This document shows positions 38,775-49,977 of a DNA stretch of 64,000 nucleotides, piece by piece. The stretch is from NCBI GenBank assembly GCA_013265495.1, contig MU058384.1:1551690-1615689 (forward strand), given 5' to 3'. This stretch comes from Vicugna vicugna (lineage: Eukaryota). The notes beneath the pieces are model-generated. The model saw only the letters and a list, made by a program, of their open reading frames with translations. It made no database searches and was not told the origin of the DNA. Both the position numbers and the translations under genes were made by a program. Position 1 is the stretch's first letter; each line of letters begins with the position of its first letter.

Positions 38775-39634
38775 CCATACAACTTTTAACATTTTTTTGT
38801 TCCAGCTTTGTGAAAAATGTTATTGGTAATTTGATAGGGATTGCATTGACTCTGTGTATTGCCTTGGGTGTATGGCCATTTTAACAATATTGATTCTTCC
38901 ATTACAAAAACATGGTGTATCTTTCCATCAGTTTATGTCATCTTCAATTTCTTTCATCAGTGTCTTACAGTTTTTGGAGTACAGGTCCTTTGCCTCCTTG
39001 GGTAGGTTTATTCCTAGATATTTTATTCTTTTTGGTGTGATGGTAAATGGAATTGTTTCCTTAACTTCTTTTTCTGCTATTTCACTATTAGTGTATAGAA
39101 ATTCAACAGATTTCTCTATATTAATTTTGTACCCTGCAACTTTACCAAATTCACTGATGAGCTCTAGCAGTTTTCTGGTCACTTCTTTAGGGTTTTCTAT
39201 GTATAGTATCGTGTCATCTGCAAATGGTGACAGTTTCATTTCTTCTTTTCCAGTTTGGATTCCCTTTATTTCTTTTTCTTCTCTGATTGCTATGCCTAGG
39301 ACTTCCAAAACAATGTTGAATAAAAGTGGCAAGAGTAGGCATCCTTGTCTTGTTCCTGATCTTAGAGGAAATGCTTTCAGCTTTTCACCATCAAGTATAA
39401 TGTTAGCTGTAGGTTTGTCATATATAATAGCCTTTATTATGTTGAGGTATGTTCCCTCTATACCCACTTTCTGGAGAGTTCATATCATAAATGGATGTTG
39501 AATTTTGTCAAAAGCTTTTTCTGCATCTCTTGAGACGATCATATGCTTTTTATTCTTCAATTTGTTAATGTGGTGTATCAGATTGATTGATTTGTAGATA
39601 CTGAAAAATCCTTGCATCCCTGGGATAAATCCCA
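38775..39634 (-). mobile_element. Inverted 5' segment of a twin-primed LINE-1 (ORF2 RT domain)
   Basis: ORF 38928-39467(-) has GTRQGC...LFNIVLEVL and FADD RT motifs; abuts the sense segment at 39634. Confidence 0.95.
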
Positions 39635-41259
39635 ATGTTAAAATTTGTATGGAAACACAAAAGACCCTGGATAGCCAAAACAGTCTTGAGAAAGGAGAAA
39701 GGAGCTACGGGAATCACACTCTCTGACTTCAGACTATACTACAAAGCTACAGTAATCAAAACAAGGTGGTACTGGCATAAAACAGACACATACATCAATG
39801 GAACAGGATAGAAAGTTCAGAAATAAATCCACACACTTAAGGTTAATTAATCTATGACAAAGGAGGCAATATGCAATGGAGAAAAGACAGTCTCTTCAAC
39901 AAGTGGTGCTGGGAAAACTGGACAGTTACCTGTAAAAGACTAAAATTAGAACATTCTCTAACAACATATACAAAAGTAAACTCAAAATGGATTAAAGACC
40001 TAAATGTAAGACCAGACACTATAAAACTCCTAGAGCAAAATACAGGTAGAACATTCTTTGACATAAATCACAGCAATATTTTTTTGAACCAGCTCCTAGA
40101 GTAGCGGAAATAAAAGCAAAAATAAACAAATGGGTTCTAACTAAGCTTAAAAGATTTTGCACAGCTGAGGATAACATCAGCAAAACAAAAAGACAACTTA
40201 AGAATGGGAGAAAATATCTGCAAATGATGCGACTGACAAAGGACTAATTTCTAAAATATACAAACAGCTCATGTACTTTAATATCAAAAAAACTAGCAAC
40301 CCAATCAAAAAATGAGCAGAAGACCTAAATAGACATCTCTCCAAAGAAGGTATCCAGATGGCCAACAAACACATGAAAGGATGCTCAACATCACTATTTG
40401 TTAGAGAAATGCAAATCAAAACTACAATGAGATATCACTTCACATCAGTCAGAATGGCCATTATTAAAAAGTCCAAAAATGATAAATGCTGGAGTGGGTG
40501 TGGAGAAAAAGGAACCTTCCTACACTGTTGGTGGAAATATAAATTGGTGCAGCCACTATGGAGGACAGCATGGAGATTCCTTAAAAAACTCAAAACAGAC
40601 TTACCATATGATCCAGCAATTCCACTTCTCGGTATACATCTAGAGGAAAATATAATTTAAAAAGACACAAGCACCCCAATGTTCATAGCAGCACTATTTA
40701 TAATAGCCAAGACATGGAAGTACCCAAATGTCCATCGAAAGATAAAAAAGATGTGGAGGATATATATATATATATATGGTATATCATATTATATTTATAT
40801 ATATTTATATAATGAAATACTACTACTATCTATCTACCTATATAATGAAATACTACTCAGTCATAACAAAGAATAAAATAATGTTATTTGCAGCAACCTG
40901 GAGATTGTCATTCTAAGTGAAGTAAGTCAGAAAGAGAAAGAAAAATACCATATGATATTACTTTTATGTGGAATCAAAAAAAAAAAAAGACACAAATGAA
41001 CTTCTCTACAAAACAGAAACAGACTCACAGACACAGAGAACAAACTTATGGTTACCAGAAGGTAAAGTCGGTAGGAAAGGATAAATTGGAAATTTGAAAT
41101 TTGCACCTCTTGGGGAGTAATGAAAATGTTAACTATCTTGATTGTGGTGGTGGTTTCATTGGTGTACACATCTATCAAAATTCATCAAATTGTACATCTG
41201 AAATACGTGTAGTTTACTGTACAGGAATCACACCACAATAAAGGTGTTAAAAAAAAAAA
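39634..41259 (+). mobile_element. Sense 3' segment of the same LINE-1 (ORF2 end, 3'UTR, older-type terminal 143 bp, poly-A)
   Basis: ORFs [16 protein letters not shown] and [14 protein letters not shown]...[18 protein letters not shown] 41237-41242; A tail 41249-41259; TSD at 38756-38774 / 41260-41278. Confidence 0.93.
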
Positions 41260-43299
41260 CAAACCTTAATGAGTGTCTACTCTGGTACCAGAAAAGAGCT
41301 AATGAGCCTGAGTTCCTGGTGGGTTGGTGATTAATGTAGGAGCTTGCATGGGCTTTTGATGGCCTCAATGTCAAAACAGTCCTGATTAAAAACCCAGAGC
41401 ACTACTCCCAAGTGAAGCCCAACCGTGAGTACCTTCTAATCTTGGCAACTGACAGGAAATAAATGGATTTGGATTCCCAAGATCTGTCAGAAGTGCAAGA
41501 GCAGTAGTAAGTTCCAAGGTTCCCCAACCCTAGAAGAATAGGAACATGGTAGGACATGGAGACCCTTCTTTGTGTCCAACTGAATTGCCCACTAGTTCTA
41601 CTGGATGAGTTATATCAGGAGACAACCTGCAGATGTTAAACTATACTCCCCCCCTTACATATTCCTCTAACTTAGCCTGCAGTGGATTTACCTAGCTGTG
41701 TCTAGTAGTCTTAGCATTTCCACTTCTCCTAAGAAAAACCTACAATTTCACTGTAGAATGATTCTTATTTCTATGTTTACTGCAAGAGCTAGTGATCTTT
41801 CTTACAACAAGTTAATATTTTCAAGGGCAGTTAAACTGCTCTCGTCCTGCACAGAGTGAAGCTGGGTTTTTTCCCTGTGGTTTTGATTTCTAAATAATGT
41901 TCTGCTCCTCGCTATTGTTAAGGTGGAACAGGGCTGGAAAGGATAGAGTTAAGGTGAATCAGGCACAGACAAGGCAGGGGCGGGGGAAGAAAAAGAAGCT
42001 TTCTCTCCAGAGAGGTCTTTGACATGGAAATGTGCCCCCAAAGATAATGCGGAGGGGAGGAACCCTGCTGGTGCGGGAGTTGAGGAAGATGAGACCAAAA
42101 AAACAAATGCCTTAGACCTCCCTAAAACAAACACTGAGAATGAAAGGATTCACTGTTGCTCTCCTCACAACCTCCTCAAAGGATAGAGAAGGTGACAGGG
42201 CACTTGCTCTGCCCCAAGTCCCTCAGAACAGAGATTTGAGGCTACACTCTCAAATGACAGCACCTCGCACACAATTAGCACACTGTAAAGTTTAGGTAAG
42301 TTGGATTTCTTACTTTCCACATTCAGATTGTGAATAAAGGGGGCCCTGAGAGGGGAAAAATAGACTTCTGTTATTTTATCAATGGTTAATCAGTGAAATT
42401 CTAGAAAGAGTTTCCCACACTTCATTCCACCCCACTTCGGATTTTCGGGCTTGGATTGGCTCCTTGTTGCTGTGGTTTAGATTATACTGGGGCCTGCTGT
42501 TCTTTCCTTCTTCAGAAGGTGCCCAGACAATGTCAGTTGATGAGCAAACACGGGAACCAGCCTGCAGTTTCCTCACCTCCCCTTGTGCAAGCGTAACTGT
42601 TGCTCTGGTTTTCAGTTTAAAAGTCAGCTTTGCAAAGAAAAAGTTATCGCAGCCAGTCCACAGGCTGTTGGTCAGAGAATGCCAAGGAAGGGGAAAGCCT
42701 GGGAGCCGACCGAAGCCTGGACAGTATCGACTGGAAGTGGTTAGGGTAGGATTTGACACCTGCTGAGAACAGAATCTTCCACTCCCTGCCCCCACCCACT
42801 CCCACTCAACACCTCTCCTGAAATAAGGGGCAGCTGGGTAAGGACCAGTGAAAAGATGTCTTTTTCTACTTCTTAGGCGGTCAGCCCATTTTTCTCTCCC
42901 TGCTAAAGGGATGCTGGCAGGAAACTGGGGGAGGGGTGATTCACCAGGAAGCTGGTGGAGATGTGGCAGTGTTGGGATGGCTCTCCTCAACCTCTCCTCC
43001 TCCAGATGGCTCAGGCACCCATACTCCAGGATGCTTGTTAGGGAAGGAGACAACTGCTATCCATGCTTTCTGTGCAAAGAATGAAAAGACCACAACAGAA
43101 AGCAAAAGGGAAAGGAGGACTGCGTGACTTCCCAGGTATTTTCACACTTACATAACCAGCTTCCAAGGGCTACCTCAGGAGGAGCCATCACCCAGCTGCT
43201 GTGGAATTTTGGGTTAGTGTCTTATTTTGAAAACTAAAAATGACTTTCATTGATAGGCAAAAAAAAAAAAAGATACACACACATATGCACACACACATA

Positions 43300-43530
43300 T
43301 TTATATATAGCAAACCCCACATTTCCTCCCCACCAGAGGCAGCCATGGTTAACCTTAGTTAAGCCTCCCCATGCATGTGTGATGTGTATGGTTAATTTGG
43401 GTTTTGCTCGTAAGTCGAGATCGTACTGTACACAATGTTTATTACATGTTTTTGCACTTATCATCTCATGAACTAATTTTCCTGCCAGTAAATATTGCTC
43501 TACGTTTATTTCTAAAGGCTGCATGTGACA
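43300..43530 (-). mobile_element. Very old L1 (L1ME-like) 3'UTR fragment
   Basis: cctccccaccagaggcagccatggttaac...gagatcgtactgtacacaatg...tttatttctaaaggctgcat. Confidence 0.55.
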
Positions 43531-44844
43531 ATCTCTGTCTGATGCTAGATAAGCCCTCCCAGCAGAGTCAAGAAGACAGCATCAGGGGCACAACTGGCAT
43601 TCTGGAACGGCTCTGCCTCTGCCACTGACTCACCGGAGTCAAGAGTGCTTTCAGGCTGAACACGAAGTCAGGTCTCTTCTCCATCACCCTCGCTCTTGGT
43701 CAGAGGTGAGAAAGGAGACAGCCAGGTGTCTAGTGCTGAGTGGGGACCCCTGAAACAGGAAGGCCAAAGGGCACCCAGAGAAAGCTGCAGAGCCAGGAGT
43801 CACAAGAGTGCCCCACTCTCCTGATGGTCCTTACAGGTGCTTCGGCTGTTTGCCATCCTGCTGACACCTACCTATGCATCCTTTCTTAGGTCCTGGATGA
43901 TTAAAGCCCAAAGTAGACCGAGATAAGCATTTTACAGTTAGATGTTGACAGCAGATGTCTCTGTTATCGTGACCTTCACATTTCCAGTGTGGTCTAGACC
44001 ACAGATAAGTCCACTTCAGACAGACTGCACAGGAAACAGTAAAGGAGAATTTCTTATCTTCCCCTAGTTTCCTCTTTCCCTGGTTCTGACAAAGAGAGCT
44101 GCCTCTTGGTCAGCCTCATTTTGCCCTGTGCTCTTTCCCGAGGTTCCCTCTCCCTGTGCCCTTTCCTGGGGTTCCATGTCCTACAGCAGCGTGCAGGGCA
44201 ACTGGAGACGGCCTCCTTGGCCCCCTCACTGCTTCCAGATGACATTTCTATGAGAAGACCTCCCTCTGTTCTGCAGCAAAGATTTAAATGTTGAGGTAGA
44301 GCAAAAGGGAAGAAAGAAAAGCAGTGCAGGGATTGGTGGGATCATCATTGCAAACTTTGACTGATACAGCTTTCCCTGCCTTGAAGGGGTTATGATGTTA
44401 CACGTTGTATCAGCAAAATAGTTTAGGATCTTTAACTCCTCATTGGTTAGGTGCAATGTAAATTAATTAATTAATTTATTTATGATTGATAGGGAGGTAG
44501 ATGACAGATAGATATACAGATATAGATGAAAAAATATTAATTATAACTAACTCTGACCACATAGTGCAAATAGTCCTATTACACTTTCAAGCTCCTTCTT
44601 AAAACTAATATATGTCAGGGGGCAACCTCATGTATTACCTCAAAGTCTACGACATTCTAGCAGAAAGTAGTCACAAGAAATAAAACATACTAAGTGTTAT
44701 GGTAACAACTTGATTTCCTGCTTTGCTCACTAAATGCCAGAATTATATATAATAGGCAAATAGCTGAAAATAACTCCAGTATAAATAATGACATAATTAT
44801 ATAGTACAATAACCTTCAAATCCACTTTTTCTTGTCTCTTCTTA

Positions 44845-45080
44845 CTAATAATTCATGACATTGTTATTTACTATTGACTAGACACAGATCTAAGGGTTTT
44901 ACACATATTAATTCATTTAATCTTTACAACTCTATGAAATAACTACTGTTTTGATCCTTGATTAATAGAGGAGGAAACTGAAGCATAGAGAAAGTAAAAA
45001 AGCTTCCCCCAAGGTCATGGCTTGTAAGTCCAGGATTCTAAGTCAGACCATTTAGCTTCCTGTGTACTCTGCTGCCTCTT
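44845..45080 (-). mobile_element. MIR
   Basis: tttacacatattaattcatttaatctttacaactctatgaa...agaggaggaaactgaagcatagaga...cccaaggtcat. Confidence 0.85.
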
Positions 45081-45109
45081 GCTAAGAATTGGTTCTTATT
45101 CCTTCTCCC

Positions 45110-45628
45110 CTTTCCTGACCCTGCCTCTTCCACTCTCTCTAGTCCATCCTTACACAGCTACCAGTGAGTTACCCATATGCAAATTATATCATGTCATAAT
45201 GCCTGTTTAAAGTCCATCAATGATTGCCTTTTGCCTGCAGAACAAAGTCCAGCCTGCATAGTGTGGATCCCAGCATGCTTCATGTCCTCACCCGAAATAC
45301 TCTTTCAATTCTGTTGTCTTCCCGCCACTCACTTAACAGATGTCCTTTGCATTTTCTTTTCTCTATGCTTCATCACTATTTAGAATCCAGATTAAATTCC
45401 AGCTCCTCCATAAAGCCTCCCTCTATCTCTATAGCAAGAAATAACTTCTCACTCCTCTAGCCTGCCACTTTATTCTTCTGTTTATTTTTACTTTTTGCTA
45501 CCATCAGAACAGCTTTTTACATGCTTATCAGAATTAAAGTTCCCCCAAATTAAAGACCATCCCTTCTGCAACTTTACAGTGCCTCATGCATACTAGGTAC
45601 TCACGAGATGTTTATTGAATTGAAATTC
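45110..45628 (+). mobile_element. LINE-2 3' fragment
   Basis: tagtccatccttacacagctaccag...atcatgtca...gcctgcagaacaaagtcc...taggtactcacgagatgtttattgaattgaa. Confidence 0.75.
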
Positions 45629-48331
45629 TGTTAGATTCTGTATTGGGTGAGCATACCACATGTTTGCCCCTTGTGTCCATTTCAGCTTATGGAGAAGGGT
45701 GAGAGAAGTCTGCGGTGGGCACGTGGGAAGGAAAATTCCCAAAGATGGGGGAAAGCATGACTCAAAATATAAGGTCACTGAGTTATCACCTGGTCTCATG
45801 TTTCTGCTGCATGAGTAAGAAGGGGAAACTACTTTGCAGAAGGCACAGCTTTTTCTCCCGCCTCCTGTTTACTCTTCTTTTCAACGGCCCCATCATGATT
45901 AGGCCTCAACCACTACAGAAATGTCTCCCCATTCCATCCAATGCATATTGTGTGGTTCAGAAAAAGCAGATTTGCTCTTGGCCTAGTCCCTCTTCTTCTG
46001 CCTGTCCAAATCCTCCTTGCTCCTGTGAAGGCATTGTATGCAAGGGTGGGAAATGGAATGTGATTAGAAGGAAACAGATAGTACAGGTAATAAAACTTCA
46101 AAAAAAATTTAAAAACAGAAAAAGATGAAGAAATAAAGAAGAGACATAAAGTACTAAAAATATTGGGTACAGTAATGAAGAAACAAAAATTATTAGAAGT
46201 GATCAAAAAGCAAAAATGAAGAGGAATGGGACAACATCTAAGGAAGGGAAAACAATCTTTTTTTGTTGTTATTAAAACAGTCCTCTGGTCTCCACTGCAA
46301 TCTAGAGCAGTCCGTCCACCTCACTGCCTAAACATGTCTCTCTCAGATGTAGCTGTAATACAAACTGATATCCCTCTTCCACAGAGGTAAAATGCCTGCT
46401 TCCAAATCACCAAACAGCCTCAATAAGTACCCACATCTGCCACTTAGATAAGTCCTTGCTTATACTGCTTGTTCCCTGGCTGAATCTGCATTGATATTAT
46501 GCAGATTAATGGAAAGAATGGCATTGCTTCCATTAAGACCATCTGCCTGGATCTTATCCTTTCTCTAGTCCCTCTTTACCAGTGTAACATATTCCCCTTG
46601 TCTTGCCTCCTGCCAACTATCATACAAGGTAGCTTCAAAAATACAAATAAATTTTAGTTTGGTTGACTAGCACTGAGACATAAAATGTAGAAAATATCAA
46701 ATACAATCTTTGCATTTATGCAATCCTCCTGGCACAGGTTCAAACCATCAATGATGCTAGCACTTTTTTTTTTTTTTTCATTTCACTTTTAGCCCAGGGA
46801 CTCTCTAGACCTTTGTTTCTGATCCTATGGGCTAGTACATTCCAGTTCCACAACCTAGACCAAGAGTAAATTATTTCCTCAATTATTTGGAGTGCTCATG
46901 TCAGCTAAGTCTTTACAAAGTTAAGGTTTTTGTTCACTTTTCTTTCTTTTCTTTTTTTCCAATTACAACCTTCATATGTTCCCTCCACATCATCAACTTG
47001 ATTGCTCTTCTCTAAGGTCTATCCCTAAAAATTTGATTTTTCCTCTACTCCTTCCTTCAGCCCTTGATTCTAGGTACCTCCTAAAATCTTCCACTGTGAA
47101 TTAGTAAGTCCTCGTTGAAATCTAAGCAAGTAAAATTCAATAATCAAATAAACTAAAATCCATCAAATAGAAATAATAAACATAAACAATTGCACAAACA
47201 CAGGATAGGGAGCACAGCTTATAACTACACAAGTAAGGAATATTTGGGTATTTTACTTTTTTGCATGCACATTGACAGACCATAGTATAATGAGACTATT
47301 GAAAAGGAATGTATTCTTATGCTGCACTCATGGGGTATGGGTAAAATCAGAGGGTCTTTACTCAGTTACTCAGTAATAGGAAACAATTAGTCCCAGAGTA
47401 AATGCTACTCTGGTTCTGACTTATAGATCTTAAAAGGAAGACCAAAAAGATACAAACTGTTTTCATGTGACTTAGCTGCATCCCAGAAGATGGCTCAAGG
47501 ATATTTTTAGGAATACACAACACCCAGGAAGGTAAAATTCACATTGTCTAGCATTCAATCAAAGATGACCAGACACACAAAGAAGGAAAATATGACAAAA
47601 CAAGGGGGAAATTTTTCTGAAACACACTCAGAACTGATGCAGATGCTAAAATTAGCAGACAAGGATATTAAAATAGTCATTATAAATGCACTCAATATAT
47701 TAATTATGAAGAGGCATAATCAGATTTTAAGAGATGAGAACAATAATGTCTTAGGTAAAATTACAGTGAATGAGATTGTGTAGAAAGAGCAATAGGAACT
47801 TTCCAAAATGAAGCACAGAGAGAAAAAGAATTTTTAAACAAAAAGAGTTATCAGTGAACTCTGGGACAATTAAAAATGGCCCAGTTTATATGTTATTGAA
47901 ATCCACACAGGAGGAGGCAAAAAAAAAAAATTGAAAATATAAGGGCAAAAATATTTAAAATTTGATAAAATAATAAACTTACAGATCCAAGAAGCTCAAC
48001 AAATCCCAAGCAAAATAAACAGAAAGAGAATTACACCAAGGCACATAATAATCAAATTATTCAAAACAAATGATAAAGGAAAAATCTTAAAATCAGCTAG
48101 AAAAAAAGGAATGTTACATACATATAGATAAAAAGTTTACATTGAGAGAATTATCATCAGAAACAACGTAAGCAAGAAAATAGTAGAGCAATATCATTAA
48201 ATTACTGAAAGAAAAAATTGTTAACCTTGAATACCACACCTAGCAAAAAACTTCAAAAAACAATAGTAACAGATAGACTATTTTTAGACATACAAAAACC
48301 AAAAGCACTCATTACCAACAGACCAACAAAC

Positions 48332-48332
<1 letters not shown>

Positions 48333-48362
<30 letters not shown>
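48333..48362. repeat. A30 homopolymer inside the old L1
   Basis: Seen directly. Confidence 0.95.
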
Positions 48363-48367
<5 letters not shown>

Positions 48368-49756
48368 GAAGTCTTTGAGGCAAAAGAAAATCATACTAAA
48401 TGGAAATATGAATCTACACAAAGAAATGAAGAACAGCAGGAATGGCAACTACATAGATAAATATACATAATTATTTTTCTTAGTACTTAAATTTCTTGAA
48501 AAGATAATTTACAATTTGAACAAAATAATAACAATGTACTAAGAAGTTAAAAACACTTGTAAGAGTAAAAAGTATAACAGCAATAGCACAAAGAAAGGTC
48601 AGGGGAGAGAAATGGAAGTGTACTACTGTAAAGTCCTTGTATTATTCATGAAGTGGTATAAAATTCCTTAAAGATAGACTGCAGTTACTTAAATTGTGTA
48701 ATATAAACCATTAAGAAACAACTAAAATAACAAAGCAAGTCATAATTAATAAGCCAAGGGAGATGAAATTAATTATAAGAAATTTCAATTAATACAAGAG
48801 AAAAAGAGGAAAGATGACAATATAAAAAACAAGCTAGCCTCAAACCCAATTATTTCAATAATTATATTAAATGTAAATGGCCTAAACACCCCAATTAAAA
48901 GGCAGAAATTGTCAATCTGTGCCCCCTAAAAAGCTAATTATGCTTCCTACAAGAAATATGCTTTATATATAAAGGCATAAATAAGTTATAAATAAAAGGA
49001 TGGAAGAGAGTATACTATGGTAACACTAACCAAAAAGAAAACTGAAGTGGTTATTTTATTATCAGACAAAGCAGATATCAAATCAAAGAATATATCTAGG
49101 GATAAAAAAAAAAAAAAACATTTTATAATGATATAGGGGTCAATTCATCCAGAGGCTATAATAATGCCAAACATTTATACATCTAATAAGAAAGTTCTAA
49201 AATGTATGAAGTAAAATCAAATAGAACTGTAAGGAAAAATAGACAAATCCATAATTATAGTTGGAAATTTAAATTCACCTCTCTCAATATTTGATAGAAC
49301 AAGTAGACAGAAAATTACCTAGAACATTGAGTATTTGAACAACCAAACTGATGTAATTGACACCTTTAGAACACTCCTCCAAACAACAGAAGAATACAAG
49401 AAGCATGCACATTCTAAGTTCACATGAAAACTTTATCAACATAGACCACATTCCAGGCCACAAAACATGTCTTAATAAATTTAAAAGGATTTAAGTCATA
49501 CAAAGTATATTTGCTGAAGAACTGAATTAGAAATCAATAACAGAAAAATCTTTGGAAAGCCCTTAGGTCGAAGAAGAATTCAAAAGACAAATTAGAAAGT
49601 ATTTTAAACTAAATGAAAAGAAAAACTCAACATACCAAAAATTTTAAAATACTACTAAAAACAGTTTTTTGAGGAAATCTATAGCACTAAATGCCTGTTT
49701 AAGAAAAAAAAGGCTTTCAAAGCAATTAACTCAGCTTCAACCATAAGAAACCAAAA

Positions 49757-49977
49757 CAGAACATGGCAAACTATGGCCATTAGGCCAAATGAAGACCACT
49801 GCCTGTTTCTGTAGAATAAAGTTCTATTGGAACACAGCCATGCTCATTCCTGTATACATTCTATGGCAGGACACATGCTGCAACGGCAAAGTTGAGTAGT
49901 TGGACAGAAACTAGATATCTCACAAAGCTGAAAATATTGCCAGCTGGTCCTTTGCATAAAAAGTTTGCTTACCCCTG
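49757..49977 (+). mobile_element. hAT-Charlie MITE, MER58A-like, nested in L1 ORF2
   Basis: 221 bp; cag...ggcaaactatggcc...aataaagttctattggaacacagccatgctcatt...aaaagtttgcttacccctg; degenerate 8-bp TSD aaccaaaa/aaatagaa. Confidence 0.9.

Noticed and set aside
38928..39467. Reverse-transcriptase ORF as a novel retron/DGR-like system
   Set aside because: Motifs are plain LINE-1 ORF2; it is a truncated fragment inside a TSD-flanked L1 in a mammalian genome.
38854..39501. 215-aa + strand ORF, hydrophobic and membrane-protein-like
   Set aside because: It is the antisense frame of L1 ORF2, a well-known artefact.
40760..40860. Duplicated tataatgaaatactact with (TA)n expansion
   Set aside because: Ordinary slippage within the L1 3' region; not a CRISPR-like or functional array.
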